Shown here: one piece after another, positions 28,575 through 40,829 of the stretch
Numbering within the stretch: position 1 is the stretch's first letter
Layout: each line of letters begins with the position of its first letter
Assembly (NCBI GenBank): GCA_963773065.1
Contig: CAVYZN010000011.1
Location: 224,001 to 288,000 of the forward strand
Length of the DNA: 64,000 bases
Direction: 5' to 3'
Source: an uncultured Gammaproteobacteria bacterium
GTDB lineage: Bacteria; Pseudomonadota; Gammaproteobacteria; UBA9214
The notes under the pieces: generated by a model
Told to the model about the DNA's origin: nothing
What the model saw: the letters and a program-made list of their open reading frames with translations, nothing else
Database searches by the model: none
Translations under genes and position numbers: made by a program

Positions 28575-30147
28575 AGAGTCCCCGAGGGGATCCGTAAATT
28601 CTCCGCCTTTAGGTGGCGGATGATACTTGGCTGATGCAAGAATATAAGCGTGGCAGTCTTACGGTCTGGGATTGCAAGTACCACTTGGTATGGACGACGA
28701 AATACCGTTATCAGGTACTGGGAGGAGAAGTTGGGCAGCGATGCCAAGAGTTGTTACGAGAGATTGCGATGAGCAAGGAGATGATTATCTAAGCGGGTTC
28801 AACGATACGCTGGTTCCACGTTGCGCGAAGTTGGGACCTGGTATCAGTATCAAACACGATCACAGCCACAAGGCCAATCGGCCCACCTTTCTGAACAGCC
28901 AGTGCTGGGTCACGCTGGCACTGGTCGTGCGCGTCAGGCTGGGCTCGGCGCTGACGATACCGATCCGCTCCTGGTTGGTCGAAGAATCGGGCCAACGCGG
29001 CAAGCTCTGGGTGGCGAGGCAACTGATCGATTCGATCAGGGGGCACGTCAAGGAGGTGCGTTTGCTGATCAATGCATGGTTCATGCGCAAGCGCCTGATT
29101 CTGCCCTTGCTCGAACAGAAGGTGCGCATCATCGGGCAGGTGCGGCGGGATACGGCGCTGTTTCTGCCGCCGGAGTCGGAACCGAAGCGCCGGGGGCCGA
29201 AACGCAAATACGGGCAGCGGATCGATGCGGCCATGCTGGATACGCTGCCCGCGCAGGAGATCGAACTGATGCTGTACGGCAAGATGCAGCGGGTGAGGCT
29301 GCGCTCGGTCACCGCCGTGGTGCGATTCCTGAAGGGGGTGCCGGTGCGGGCGGTGTGGTGCGAGATGCGCCAGGACGACAACACCTGGTCGCGTCCGCGA
29401 TTGATTCTGGCGACCGAGACAGAACTGTCGGCTCAAGCCGTGGTGGAAATCTACGCCGAGCGCTGGGGTATCGAGCCGTTGTTTCACAACCTGAAGCGAT
29501 GGTGGGGAATGACGAACCTGTGGCAGCAATCGAAGGCCGCACTGGAACTGTGGATGCAGGTTCGTTCCACGGCGTATGCCCTGGTGCAATTGCTCGCCCT
29601 GAAGTTGTGGGAATTCTTCCCGTTGATGGAGATCGCACCTTGGCGCAAGGGAGCGTTGATTACGGCTGGACTTTTCGGCCAGTGGATGCGCATCCAATTT
29701 ATCGGACTTCGCGTGCGCGATGCCTGCAACCCGAAGTCGGGGAATTTTGTGATGCCTTTCCCCGTCCAGGATCAGCGTTTGCAGTGTTGAAGTATGCGGC
29801 ATCGCGTTTCAACCGTGACCATGTACATAGGCTGATGGGTATTCCACCGCAGTTATCGGTATCCCGGGCGGTGCAGTATCTGAAAGGGAAGAGTTCGCAC
29901 CTATTGTTGTCGGAGTATAAGGTATTGAGGAAGCGGTACTGGGGTCAGCATTTGTGGGCAGGGGATACTGGGTAGCTTCGAGTGGGAATGTGACAGATGA
30001 GGTTTGGAAGGAATACATCAAGAATCAGCCGCCGCCGGAGCCAGACGATGATTTTACCGTCGTATGACGGTAATCGGCCGAATGGCCGATCAATTCGGCT
30101 TTCAGCCGTAATCCGAAGCCACCGGCTTTAGCCGGTGGAGTGTTCAC
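28575..30147 (+). mobile_element. tnpA: IS200/IS605 tnpA element, pseudogene, split by an IS701 fragment
   Basis: MQEYKRGS.TVWDCKYHLVWTTKYR (28634-) ... NRDHVH (HUH) ... KGKSS ... YWGQHLWA..Y ... YIKNQ (-30067); terminal hairpins tccgcctttaggtggcgga and ccaccggctttagccggtgg. Confidence 0.85.
28801..29790 (+). pseudogene. IS701-family transposase, 5' truncated
   Basis: DTLVPR...HDHSHK.NRP.F...(D>N)AWF...GPKRKYG...YAERWGIEPLFHNLK. Confidence 0.75.
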
Positions 30148-32597
30148 GGCGACTCTGAATAAGTCCCGCCATCTGCGATACTATGCGCATTGTATATAAC
30201 GGATGGGTCTCGATGAAACAGCAAACCTTCGCTGCTGGAGATTTTGAACGTTTTCGCAAGCCCACACGCCGGGGACAGTTTCTCCTGGAGATGAATAAGA
30301 TGGTGCCGTGGAAGGAACTTTGTAAGCGGATTGAGCCGTTTTATCCCCGGGTTGGCAACGGCCGTCCGCCGGTGGGGCTGGAGTGGATGCTGCGCATCTA
30401 CTTTCTCCAGCACTGGTTCAACCTGTCGGCCCCGGGTGCGGAGGAAGCGCTGTATGAGTCCCGCTCGATGTGCCGCTTTGTCGGCATTGACCTGGGTCGG
30501 GAGCCGGTGCCGGACGAGACGACGATCCTCAACTTCCGCCATTTGCTGGAGCAACACCAATTGGGCGAGCGGCTGTTTCAGGCGGTGGGCGAGTACCTGC
30601 AGGAACGGGGCCTGCGCATTGCCAGCGGCACCATTGTGGACGCCAGCAAGTTCCACCAAGAACAAGGACAAGGCGCGCGACCCGGAGATGCGCTCCACGA
30701 GCAAGGGCAAGCAGTGGTACTTCGGCATGAAGGCGCACATCGGCGTGGACAGCAAAACCAAACAGATTCATTCAGTGGTGGCCACGGCGGCCAACGTACA
30801 TGATTCGCATGTGCTGGAAGACCCGCTGCATGGCGAGGAGACGCGCGTGTAAGGTGATTCGGCTTATACAGGTCAGACGGAGGCCATCCGACGAACGGCA
30901 CCCGGTGCCCAGGACTTTACCCACGATAAAGGCCGTCGTAATCAACCCCTGGATGAGGCGGCCAAGGCACGCAATCGCACCAAGTCGAAAGTCAGGGCCA
31001 AGGTGGAGCATGTTTTCGCAGTCATCAAGCGCGTGTTCGGCTTTACCGAGGTCCGCTATCGTGGTCTGGCGAAGAACGCCCACGCCCTGTTTGTGCTCTG
31101 CGCGTTGACCAATCTGTATCTGGCACGACGGCGACTGCGATACCAAACGTAGGGAAGGTGCGTCCGCAATTCCAGGAACAGCGCAATAAGACAACGAACC
31201 CAGATAAGATCGGGCCGGATGGCGTTGAAAAGAACAGAACAATGAGAAAAATCGCAGTATCACCAAAATGTACCCGTGTATTTCGTGACTTGTTCAGACG
31301 TTTTGAGCTTCCCCCGGTTTTTCGTCTTCCAACCGGTGTGCTTCATGCTACCAGTTCATTCCCGTGCTGAACACTGATCCAGTCATCGAGATACTGGAAT
31401 GGTGCCTTGTAGCCGAGAGTCGAATGACGGCGTTTGCGGTTGTAGAACACCTCGATGTAATCGAAGGCATCGACCGTCGCTTCCGCGCGTGTGACGTAAT
31501 GCGTGCCATGCGCCCGCTCATTCTTGAAATTGTTGAACCAGCTTTCCGTCGGCGCGTTATCCCAGCAGTTCCGCTTGCGGCTCATCGAGCACGTCATGCC
31601 GTAGTCGACAAGCTTGTCCTGGAACGCTGCGCTGGCATACTGGCTGCCCCGGTCCGAGTGGTGCAGCACACCCGGTAGCGGTTTCCTGCGAAACCACGCC
31701 ATGGTCAGCGCATCTGTCACCATGTCCGCTGTCATCCGGGCCTTGATCGACCAGCCGATCACTTCGCGGTTGAACAGGTCCAGCACGATGGCCAGATACA
31801 GCCAGCCCTCGTCCGTCCACAGGTAGGTGATGTCGGAGGTCCAGAGCTGGTTCGGTGCCGTCGGCGTGAAGTTCCGCCCCAGCAGGTTCTGCGCCACCGG
31901 CAGAGCGTGCCCGGAGTCCGTCGTGGCTTTGTAGCGCCGCTTGTGGCGGGCCCGGATGCGTTCTCGCGCATCAGCCGCTCCACCCGCTCCTTCCCGACCG
32001 GGAAACCCCGTGCGCGCAGCTCCAGCACCATCCGCGGGCTGCCATAGGCACCCTTGAATTCCGCCGCGATGGCCCGGATCAGGGTCAGCAGTTGCATATC
32101 ACTCAGCCGCTTGCGACCGGGCGTTCCGCCCCGTTTCCAGGCGCGGTAGCTGCTCACACTGACATCCAGCACGGCACACAATTCCGGCAACGCAAACTGT
32201 TTGCACTCCAGGTCAATCCAGGCGTACTTCACAGCACGTCTTTCGCGAAGTACGCCGTCGCTTTTTTTAGGATCTCGACCTCCCGCCTGAGCCGGACGGT
32301 GTCCGCCCGCAACCTCGATACTTCCACCTGCTCCGGCGTGACCGACTTCGTCCCGGACCCGTTGAGCTTGCCGGCCTTGGCCGCCTTTACCCAGTTGCGC
32401 AGCGTCTGTTCGATCAGCCCCACCAGCTCCCGGGCCACGGCAGCGGGCGTCTGGCCTGCCGTTACCCGTTTCACCGCCAGTTCCTTGAACTCGGATGTGT
32501 ATTCCTGTTTCGGTATCTTCTTCATCGTCTGTCTCTCCAATGTGGCTGTAGTTTACATTACCCTTGGAAGACGAATTTCAGGGGGAAGCTCAGTTCC
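30148..32597 (+). mobile_element. IS5-family element (transposase pseudogene 30213-31152); right IR interrupted by IS3
   Basis: Left ggcgactctgaataagtc; [49 protein letters not shown]; right IR reconstructs as gacttgttcagacgttcc once the IS3 is removed. Confidence 0.8.
31304..32592 (-). mobile_element. IS3-family element (orfA 32229-32540; orfB 31343-32232, frameshifted)
   Basis: IRs tgagcttccccc / gggggaagctca; [40 protein letters not shown]. Confidence 0.9.
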
Positions 32598-32677
32598 TTA
32601 AACCAGATCGACTATATGCAACGCCATATAGCGCTGGCGCCGGGCATTACGCTACCTAACTCCTTGAGACAGATTAT

Positions 32678-33643
32678 ATGTTGGAGTATAACAATGTTGG
32701 CGAAATCGTGACTGTCAAAGAAATCATAGTTGGAGTAGATACTATGCAGCAAAATGATAATCAGTCTTTAAGCCAGTTTTATGATTACTTGGTTACTCAA
32801 TTTGATACAGAGTCAGGTGTCATGTGGTGCTATGTCAATCCGTCACCACGGCCTTGTTTTACATCTGAGCTTCTTTCGGATTTGAGAAAATTTCTGCATG
32901 CTGTCAAGAATGACTACAATAATGACTTATCTTCAAATTTTACCCCGCGATTAGAATATCTGATCCTCGGGTCTTACCGTCCAGGCGTTTTTAGCTTGGG
33001 TGGTGATCTGAGTTTTTTTATAGACTGCATCAGAACCAATGATAGGAAACGATTAACAGAATACATGCGACTCAGTATTGATGTGCTTTATAACACATAC
33101 ACTAATATGGGGTTACCAGTCACCACTATTGCTCTTATCAGGGGGAACGCTCTAGGAGCCGGCTTCGAAGGAGCGTTATCATGTGATTACTTGATTGCCG
33201 AGAGAGGTGTTCACCTGGGTTTTCCGGAAGTGCTCTTTAATATGTTTCCAGGAATGGGTGCGTATAGTTTTCTTGCCAGAAGAATCAGTACGGTCGATGT
33301 TGAGAAAATGATATTAAGCGGTCGTATATATATGGCAGAAGAGTTATTTAATATGGGGGTGGTTGATGTATTGGCAGAGGACGGAGATGGGGTGAATGAA
33401 GCTTCTCGATTTATCAACCGACATCGAAAAAATCATAATACTAGAAAAGCAATATTAAAGATCAGGCATCGTATTAATCCGGTTACTTTGGAAGAATTGC
33501 TTGATATTGGTCAGTTATGGATTGATGCGGCAATGTCACTCGGTAATAAGGAATTACATGTTATGGAGCGATTGATACGCTCGCAAGACAAAATGTCCGA
33601 GACTTCAGAGAAATCGCAGCCACTTGCAACTGCCAAGGCTTAG
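32678..33643 (+). CDS. rpfF: DSF synthase RpfF (enoyl-CoA hydratase/thioesterase, crotonase fold)
   Basis: PRPCFT, FSLGGDL, GNALGAGFEGALS...GFPEVLFNMFPGMGAYSFL (both catalytic Glu present); convergent with rpfC/rpfG as in the Xanthomonas rpf cluster; true start may be 32708 or 32744. Confidence 0.88.
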   Translation: MLEYNNVGEIVTVKEIIVGVDTMQQNDNQSLSQFYDYLVTQFDTESGVMWCYVNPSPRPCFTSELLSDLRKFLHAVKNDYNNDLSSNFTPRLEYLILGSYRPGVFSLGGDLSFFIDCIRTNDRKRLTEYMRLSIDVLYNTYTNMGLPVTTIALIRGNALGAGFEGALSCDYLIAERGVHLGFPEVLFNMFPGMGAYSFLARRISTVDVEKMILSGRIYMAEELFNMGVVDVLAEDGDGVNEASRFINRHRKNHNTRKAILKIRHRINPVTLEELLDIGQLWIDAAMSLGNKELHVMERLIRSQDKMSETSEKSQPLATAKA

Positions 33644-33654
33644 TAGTTCAAACG

Positions 33655-35160
33655 TCACTCATGTTTTTTCAACTTGGTGGCGAACAGATCCGGTTGGGCA
33701 AACAATTGGTCAACTCGCAGTTTCCCCAAGGCGAGCTTCTCTTGTATTGGGATGATTCTTTCCAGTTCAGTAAGACGAAGGGAGTCTGTGTCATATCTGC
33801 GCTTAATTTGTTCCAGTTCAGTTATCAGTTCACTAAGGTCAGTATCGGCTTGCTCCAACGAATAATCCTTATCATAAGCGTTGTGTAGTGGTCAACTGTT
33901 TCCGGGCACTTTATTAAGGATCTTTTCGTAATTCATCGGTGTCTTGTAGCCCAGCGTCGAGTGCAGACGCTTCGAATTGTAATACACCGCCACATATTCC
34001 CGGACATCGGCCATCGCTTCCTGCCGGGTACGATACAACCGGTCACCGGTCCATTCCCGTTTCAGACTGCTGAAGAACCGTTCTATCGGTGCGTTATCCC
34101 AGCAGTTACCCTTACGACTCATGCTGCAGACCATCTCATGCTGTTTCATCAAGCCTGGTAGGCATGACTGGCGTACTGGCTGCCGCGGTCTGAATGGTGC
34201 AGCAGGCCGGGTGGTGGTTGCCTCAGATTGATCGCCATCAGCAAGGCCCGGATCACCAGCGCCTTCTTCATGCGCCGATCCATCGCCCAGCCCACTACCC
34301 GGCGGGAATACAGATCAATGACTACCGCCAGGTAGACCCAACCCTCTTGGGTCCACAGGTACGTTATGTCCGTGCCCCAGACCTGATTGGGCCCCTGCGG
34401 AGCAAATTGGCGACTCAGCACATTCTCAGCCACTGGCAGGTTGTGCTTGCTGTCGGTCGTTGCCTTATATTTGCGCTTCTGCTTGACCTTCAGGTTCAGC
34501 ACCTTCATCAAACGACGCGTCCGGTCACGACCAATCTCAAAACCTTCCTCACGCAGGTTCTTCATCAGCGTGCGACTACCCAGGCTGTCACGGGATGCCC
34601 TGAACAGCTCCTTCATGCGCCGCCGCAAGACCAGATCCTCGGTGGGATGACCCTGCCTGGCTGATCTCGCCAGTCGTAATAGCTGCTGCGCGGCACCCCC
34701 AGTAGGCGGCACAGATGAGCTACCGGCCAGTGCCCGGCATGCTCCCGTATGAACCCGTACTTCACTTCATTTCCTTCGCGAAGTACTGACTCGCTTTTTT
34801 TAAAATCTCTTTCTCCATCCGCAGCAGGCAGACTTCTTTGCGCAGCCGCTTCAACTCCTCACGCTCATCAGTGCTGAGCCAGTATCAGAGGCCTCTTCCT
34901 CAAACTCCCGCATCCAGCGGCGTATCAGGTTATCCCCAATACCCAGGCTCCGCGCCGCCTCAGAGGGCTTGTAACCCTGCTCGGTCACCAGCGCCACCGC
35001 ATCCCGCTTGAAATCTTCCGTGTAGTTCCGCCGCTTTCTCGTCTCTGTTGTCATCGCTCACCTCGTTATGGCATTTTACCGCCTTAACTCGGTGTCCGGA
35101 TGTATCAGACCAGACCACTTCATTGCAGATAATGTCGGCGAGAGTCCATTTCCTTAGCAT
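33655..35160 (-). pseudogene. small hypothetical ORF (~87 aa) split by IS3
   Basis: MLRKWTLADIICN rejoins AYDKDYSLEQADTDLSELI...QPDLFATKLKKHE in frame after removing IS3 33884-35122 and one ttg TSD. Confidence 0.6.
33884..35122 (-). mobile_element. IS3-family element, frameshifted
   Basis: Ends tgtagtggtc...ccgggcac / gtgtccgga...gaccacttca; 3-bp TSD ttg; [39 protein letters not shown]. Confidence 0.9.
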
Positions 35161-35226
35161 GGAAGAATTTTATCTTGAAGGTATGAGCTTTGTTTCGAGT
35201 ATTAAGCGACAAATGAGTGAGCCGTT

Positions 35227-36505
35227 AGAGGTGGCCCGCGGTAGCTGGACAGGGGTGAGGTATGTTTAAGTGTCTTCTGCGAAGATAATTGGAATTGAGA
35301 TGGGAGCAGAAGATGAAGAGAAAGCGCAGGAATCATTCAGCGAGTTTCAAGGCGAAGGTGGCTCTGGCAGCTATTCGGGGCGACAAGACGCTGGCGGAAT
35401 TATCCGAGCAGTTTGATGTGCATCAGAACCAGATTCAGGACTGGCGGCGGAAGTTGTTGGATCAAGCAGAGCGGGTCTTTGACCACGGCGGTGGTTCAGC
35501 GTCCGAGTCTGAACACAAGGTCAAGGAGCTGCATGCCAAGATCGGGCAATTAACGATGGAACGGGATTTTTTAGCACAAGGGCTGGAAAGGATTCACGGC
35601 CCGAGCGGCAGAAAATGATTGATCGGACGCATTCATTGCCAGTGACTCGCCAGTGTCAGCTGCTGGGTCTCAATCGCTCCTCGGTGTATTACCAACCGAT
35701 GGGTTTCTGACGAGGATTTGCTGCTGATGCGGCTGATCGACGAGATTCATCTCAAACGCCCGTTCTATGGCAGTCGACGGATCCGGGATGATTTACAGGA
35801 CCTGGGGCATCGGGTGAACCGCAAGAAGGTGCAGCGCCTGATGCGGCTGATGGGGATTACTGCCCTCTATCCGAAGGCGAACACCAGCCGGCCTGGAAAG
35901 GGCCATACGATCTACCCCTACCTGCTGAAAGGCTTGAACATCGACCGTTCGAACCAGGTGTGGGCAACGGACATCAGCTACGTTCCGATGGCCAAAGGCT
36001 TTGTGTATGTGGTGGCCATCATGGACTGGTACAGCCGCAAGGCGCTGGCCTGGCGGATGTCGAACACGATGGATGCGGACTTCTGTGTGGATGCCCTGGA
36101 GGAAGCTATCAGCCGCTATGGGGCGCCGGATATTTTCAATACGGATCAGGGTGCCCAGTTTACCAGTGATGCTTTCACCGGTGTTCTCAAGGCGGCGGGT
36201 ATCCGGATCAGCATGGACGGCAAGGGTCGTTGGGTGGACAATGTGTTTGTGGAGCGCTTGTGGCGCAGCCTGAAATACGAGGAGGTGTATCTCAAGGCGT
36301 ACGAGACGGTTGCCGAGGCCCGGTTGAGCATTGGAAACTACTTCCGGTTCTACAATCGCGAACGCAGGCACCAGAGCCTGGATCGGCAGACGCCGGATCA
36401 GGTCTATGAAGGTAGTGTGGTGTGGCCGGTTGCAGCATGATCAGGCCACAGCATGTGTGGGCAGAATACACTTGAGCAGATGTCCAAGAATCGGGGTCCA
36501 TTTCT
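35227..36505 (+). mobile_element. IS3-family element (orfA 35313-35618; orfB 35615-36440)
   Basis: IRs agaggtggcc...tggaca / tgtcca...ggtccatttct; RRNHSASFKAKVAL, WATDISY, NTDQGAQF, DNVFVERLWRSLKYE. Confidence 0.9.
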
Positions 36506-36637
36506 GAATGTGAAGGATAAATCGCGGGAGAGCGTGGTTGCGAATTCTCCGCGTAGCGGCTTCGTCCAACACTCTAATTGACAGGGAAGCTAATGTGCAC
36601 ACAACTGCACGATCTGTGCTGAATCAATTGGTAAGAA

Positions 36638-39199
36638 TCAACTATCGTAATTCGTTGCTGCTTTGCTATTTATATAACCCAATAAATCATTCATTGTTTC
36701 TTTTCTAATCCTGTTCAGATTCCTAAGGTTGTTAATATAACTAAAGGGGTCATCATCTCTATACAAGAATTCTTTACATGCAATATATAGTTGCTCGGCG
36801 CCAACACTACCAGATGAACCTTTCAATGCGTGTAGACATTCCTTGTAGCCTTTATAATCTTTTTTTGATATGGCAATCTCCATTTCTGAAAGTAGAGCTT
36901 CGCTGTCTTTGGTAAATACGTTTATTATCTCGCATATAAATCTGTTACCTTCTGATAATGAGATTAGATTGTTAATGATGTCCTTATTTAGCATCTTGTA
37001 TAACTTTTCTTGTTGAGTAGTTATGTTAATAACATTTTTTGATGTGATGGTCGGATCAACTGAAGAATGATACTGCTTAGAAACCGAATAAATGGTAGTT
37101 AATAATTTTTTAGCTTCAATTGGTTTTGTAAGATAAGCCTCAACATTAGCTTCTTCACATAGTTGTTTTGCTTCCATGGTTGCATTTGCTGTAAGAATAA
37201 TAATCGGTATTTTTTCCTGTCCCATAGTTGAATAATTATATATTTTTGCTGCCTCTATACCCCCCATTACAGGCATCTGCATATCCATGATAAGTATGTC
37301 AAAATCTTTAGACTCCAGTGCATCAAGCGCTTCTTGCCCATTATTTACTAAATATGGTAAATGACCTGCATGCTCGATAATTTTCGATACAACAAGCTGG
37401 TTTGTTGCATTGTCATCTGCCACGAGGATATGCAATGGCGGGCGGGAGTTGATACCCTTTTGACGGAAATAATCATGAAGATTACTTGTCCTGTCATTTT
37501 TTATAAAACTAGTACATGAGGCATGTAAGGCATTAAACAAAGAGTGCTTATCTACCAGTTTCTTTATGATATTTGTATATCCTGCCGTGTACAATTCGTT
37601 ATACCCATCTGTCTGATCCGTCATAAGCAACAGTGGTATGTGACTAATACGTGAGGATGAGCGTACTGAATATGCAAATTGCTCGGCACTTATTTCAAGA
37701 TTCTCGCTATCAATTAGTGCAATATCGAATGCTTTCCCGCCAGTAGCAGCATTCATAAGGTAGGATATTGCTGATTCTGAATTATCAGCAATTGTGTATT
37801 CAATACCCCAACTGGTGAGGTAATTCAATACATTGACATTGTCAGATCGCATAACTAATACACGCAATTTATTAAAAATTGTCTTGTCAAATCCTGAAGA
37901 TGTTTCTTTCTGCTTATTGAAATTTATCTGGAACCAGAAAGTACTTCCTACGTCCATAACACTGTGTACGCCGATTACGCCTCCCATGAGTTCTACTATC
38001 TGTTTGGAAATGGTTGTGCCAAGGCCTGTTCCACCAAAGCGGCGGGTAGTCGAACTGTCAGCCTGGGTAAAACTCTCAAATATTGATTTTTGAGCTTTGA
38101 GAGGGATGCCTATACCGGAGTCGATAACCTCGAAGCGCACATCTGCCACAGTATTATCTTCAAACAGGGTGCTGATCCTAAGTTCGATGCCACCTTTTTC
38201 CGTGAATTTAATGGCATTTCCAATCAGGTTGATAAAGACCTGTCTCAGATGATGAGGGTCCCCGATTAATCTGAATGGGGTATATGGAGAAATATGCGAA
38301 ACCAGATCGAGTCCTTTCGATTTGGCCTGAATCTGAAGCATTGCTATAGTTGTATTCACTAGATCATGCAGATCAAAATCAGTGCTTTCAATGGAAAACT
38401 TGCCTGCTTCGATCTTTGAAATATCCAGAATATCTTCGATTAGGGTAAGTAATGTCTTTGCAGAAGACTGGATTATTCTGGCTAGTTCATGTTGCTCATT
38501 GTTTAATTCAGTCTCCATGATTAAATCACTCATCCCAATTACACCATTGAGAGGAGTTCTTATTTCATGACTCATATTTGCGAGAAATCGACTTTTTGCT
38601 TTATTGGCTTCTTCTGCGTCGGCTCTAGCTTTTGTTAATTTGTTCAGTAAGACCGAGAAGAAAACAGGCAATACAACCATCCCAATTAACAAACCGACAC
38701 CAGCAGTTCTCTGTTCAATCCAATAATCAGTCATTAATAATACAAATGAAAACTCAATGGAGGCAATGATTGTCCCCGCTAGCAGATAAATCTGCCCGAA
38801 ACGCATACCGTAACCGACAATTATCCACAGATATATCGAGAAACATGGCGTGGCTGTGTCGCCACCTATATATAGGGTAGAGGATAGAAGAGTCAGGTCT
38901 GAGATTAAGGTAAATACCCTTCGTATATGTGATTTATTTGGCGCTAATTTGAATGATATAAGTATAAAAATCGCTGTAAAATCATAAAAAGTTAGGAAAC
39001 CTATTGGATGTTCTAATATATTCTTGTCGCCAGTGAGATAATAATGTAGTGAGAAATATACAGTTATAGATGAAAGAATAATCAGCCTTATTACGGCTTG
39101 CTGATACTCACCCAGAGAAATGTCTTCATTGAAAGCAATAGTTCTCTTTACCAAACTGAGAATTGGTTTGGTAGGTTCTGCAAAGATTGTGTTGGACAT
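36638..39199 (-). CDS. rpfC: DSF sensor hybrid histidine kinase RpfC
   Basis: N-terminal multi-TM region with GYGMRFG, H-box [17 protein letters not shown]1/G2 boxes, a degenerate REC plus an intact REC (DMQMP), HPt LHALKGSSG; lies between rpfG and rpfF. Confidence 0.87.
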   Translation of the reverse strand: MSNTIFAEPTKPILSLVKRTIAFNEDISLGEYQQAVIRLIILSSITVYFSLHYYLTGDKNILEHPIGFLTFYDFTAIFILISFKLAPNKSHIRRVFTLISDLTLLSSTLYIGGDTATPCFSIYLWIIVGYGMRFGQIYLLAGTIIASIEFSFVLLMTDYWIEQRTAGVGLLIGMVVLPVFFSVLLNKLTKARADAEEANKAKSRFLANMSHEIRTPLNGVIGMSDLIMETELNNEQHELARIIQSSAKTLLTLIEDILDISKIEAGKFSIESTDFDLHDLVNTTIAMLQIQAKSKGLDLVSHISPYTPFRLIGDPHHLRQVFINLIGNAIKFTEKGGIELRISTLFEDNTVADVRFEVIDSGIGIPLKAQKSIFESFTQADSSTTRRFGGTGLGTTISKQIVELMGGVIGVHSVMDVGSTFWFQINFNKQKETSSGFDKTIFNKLRVLVMRSDNVNVLNYLTSWGIEYTIADNSESAISYLMNAATGGKAFDIALIDSENLEISAEQFAYSVRSSSRISHIPLLLMTDQTDGYNELYTAGYTNIIKKLVDKHSLFNALHASCTSFIKNDRTSNLHDYFRQKGINSRPPLHILVADDNATNQLVVSKIIEHAGHLPYLVNNGQEALDALESKDFDILIMDMQMPVMGGIEAAKIYNYSTMGQEKIPIIILTANATMEAKQLCEEANVEAYLTKPIEAKKLLTTIYSVSKQYHSSVDPTITSKNVINITTQQEKLYKMLNKDIINNLISLSEGNRFICEIINVFTKDSEALLSEMEIAISKKDYKGYKECLHALKGSSGSVGAEQLYIACKEFLYRDDDPFSYINNLRNLNRIRKETMNDLLGYINSKAATNYDS

Positions 39200-40257
39200 T
39201 ACTTATAGTTAGAAATCTGATTATCCGGAAGCATATTCTGGATCTTCAATATGAAATCGATCTTTGCCTTGAAGGCATCGAAACACTCCGGATCAAAATG
39301 AATGCCACGCTGTTTCGCCATGTATTCAAGTGCGGTCTGCATCGGCCAAGCATGCTTGTAGGGTCGTTCTGACACGAGTGCGTCATAGACATCTGCAACG
39401 GCAACTATCCTTGCGACTATCGGTATCTCTTCACCCTTCTTGCCGTGTGGATAACCGGACCCGTCGAATTTTTCATGATGTCCCAATGCGATGATTGCAC
39501 CCATTTTCAGGAACTTTGACGGGCTGTCCTTGAGTATTTCGTAGCCTATCAATGTATGTTCCTTCATTATTTTGAACTCTTCTTGAGTTAGTTTCCCAGG
39601 CTTCAGGAGGATGCTGTCCATGATGCCAATCTTGCCAATGTCATGCATAGGTGCAGCCATCTCGATAACGTCAGCGTCATCACCGGTGAAACCAAGTTCC
39701 TCGGCAATGATCCTGGAATACTTGGCCATGCGTATGACATGGTTACCAGTCTCCTCGTCGCGGTATTCGCCCGCTTTTGCAAGGCGGAGGAGTGTTTCCC
39801 TTTCCCGTAACCGGATCTCGCTGGTAGCTTCGGCAACGCGTCGTTCAAGCCAGCGTGACCGGTCACGGATAATCTTGTATTGCTGATGCTGGGTCAGAAG
39901 GTTGCGGCAGCGTGCTCGGCACTCGTGGTGATCGACCGGTTTCATGAGAAAGTCGGTGGCGCCAACTTCCAATGCATCATAACGTACGGTTCTGTCTTCG
40001 ATTGCGGTGACCATGATAACCGGGATATGTTCGCAGGCAGGATCTCGGCGGAATTTACGGATGAATTCGATACCGTTCATCTCCGGCATCTTGTAATCTG
40101 TCAATATGAGATCAATCGGGTTGCACAATGTCCACTTGAGCGCCTCCAGTGGATCCGCAAAAGACTGGATATTCAAACCATCTTCTAGGGATCTGACCAA
40201 CTGAATTAGGATTTGTCGACTGGTCATCTGGTCATCAACTATTACGATCGTGGTCAT
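39199..40257 (-). CDS. rpfG: REC + HD-GYP c-di-GMP phosphodiesterase RpfG
   Basis: IVDD...DYKMP REC; [33 protein letters not shown]...RPYK; stop overlaps the rpfC start. Confidence 0.9.
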   Translation of the reverse strand: MTTIVIVDDQMTSRQILIQLVRSLEDGLNIQSFADPLEALKWTLCNPIDLILTDYKMPEMNGIEFIRKFRRDPACEHIPVIMVTAIEDRTVRYDALEVGATDFLMKPVDHHECRARCRNLLTQHQQYKIIRDRSRWLERRVAEATSEIRLRERETLLRLAKAGEYRDEETGNHVIRMAKYSRIIAEELGFTGDDADVIEMAAPMHDIGKIGIMDSILLKPGKLTQEEFKIMKEHTLIGYEILKDSPSKFLKMGAIIALGHHEKFDGSGYPHGKKGEEIPIVARIVAVADVYDALVSERPYKHAWPMQTALEYMAKQRGIHFDPECFDAFKAKIDFILKIQNMLPDNQISNYK

Positions 40258-40332
40258 ATCACTTCTCTTCGTGACAGATAATAAATACGGTCACAACCGG
40301 CCGCTCTATCTCTAGCCTGATTTCTTCATTTA

Positions 40333-40352
40333 TATGTGACATAAGTCACATA
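40333..40352. promoter_or_regulatory. perfect CRP/Clp-type box upstream of rpfG
   Basis: TGTGA-cataag-TCACA within the palindrome tatgtgac-ataa-gtcacata, about 80 bp upstream of the rpfG start. Confidence 0.65.
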
Positions 40353-40604
40353 ACAAATTGAAATATATTAGTAAAACAGGTTTCCACTTTGCTCTGAAGA
40401 GTATCGGCATTTATATAAAAAAGTTAAATCTTTTAGTGGGTTGCAAAAGCGGGCTGGATAATGATGGGTGCTGTTTAAGCGTGATTCACCGGGACAGTGA
40501 TGGAGCCGTGCAAATTGTCACGGGCTTGATGTGGGTACGTTGCCTTGCAGGCTGACAACCAGCCGTTACAATAGCTCGCAATTAATTACTCAACGAGGTT
40601 GTCT

Positions 40605-40829
40605 ATGATCCCTAAAAACGAAAATGAGCGGCAAGCGCCTTCATTTTTCAGCGTGCTGGGAAGTGTGCTGGCAAGCATGTTCGGGGTGCAAAGCACGAGC
40701 AAACGCGAGGCTGACTTTACTCGCGGCAAACCAATCCACTATATCCTGGTGGGGCTGCTGGTAACGGTGGTTTTTATATTGACGGTGTGGGGTGTGGTGA
40801 AACTAGTACTGGGTTTTGCTGGTGTCTAA
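40605..40829 (+). CDS. DUF2970-family small membrane protein
   Basis: SVLASMFGVQS...READF..GKP followed by a TM helix. Confidence 0.8.
   Translation: MIPKNENERQAPSFFSVLGSVLASMFGVQSTSKREADFTRGKPIHYILVGLLVTVVFILTVWGVVKLVLGFAGV

Noticed and set aside
28672-29975. Novel fusion ORFs 28672-29790 and 28821-29975
   Set aside because: Chimeric read-through across the junctions between IS200 tnpA and the inserted IS701 fragment.
28575-30147. TnpB/IscB RNA-guided nuclease associated with the IS200/IS605 element
   Set aside because: Only tnpA is present; the right-end hairpin follows its stop within about 80 bp, leaving no room for tnpB.
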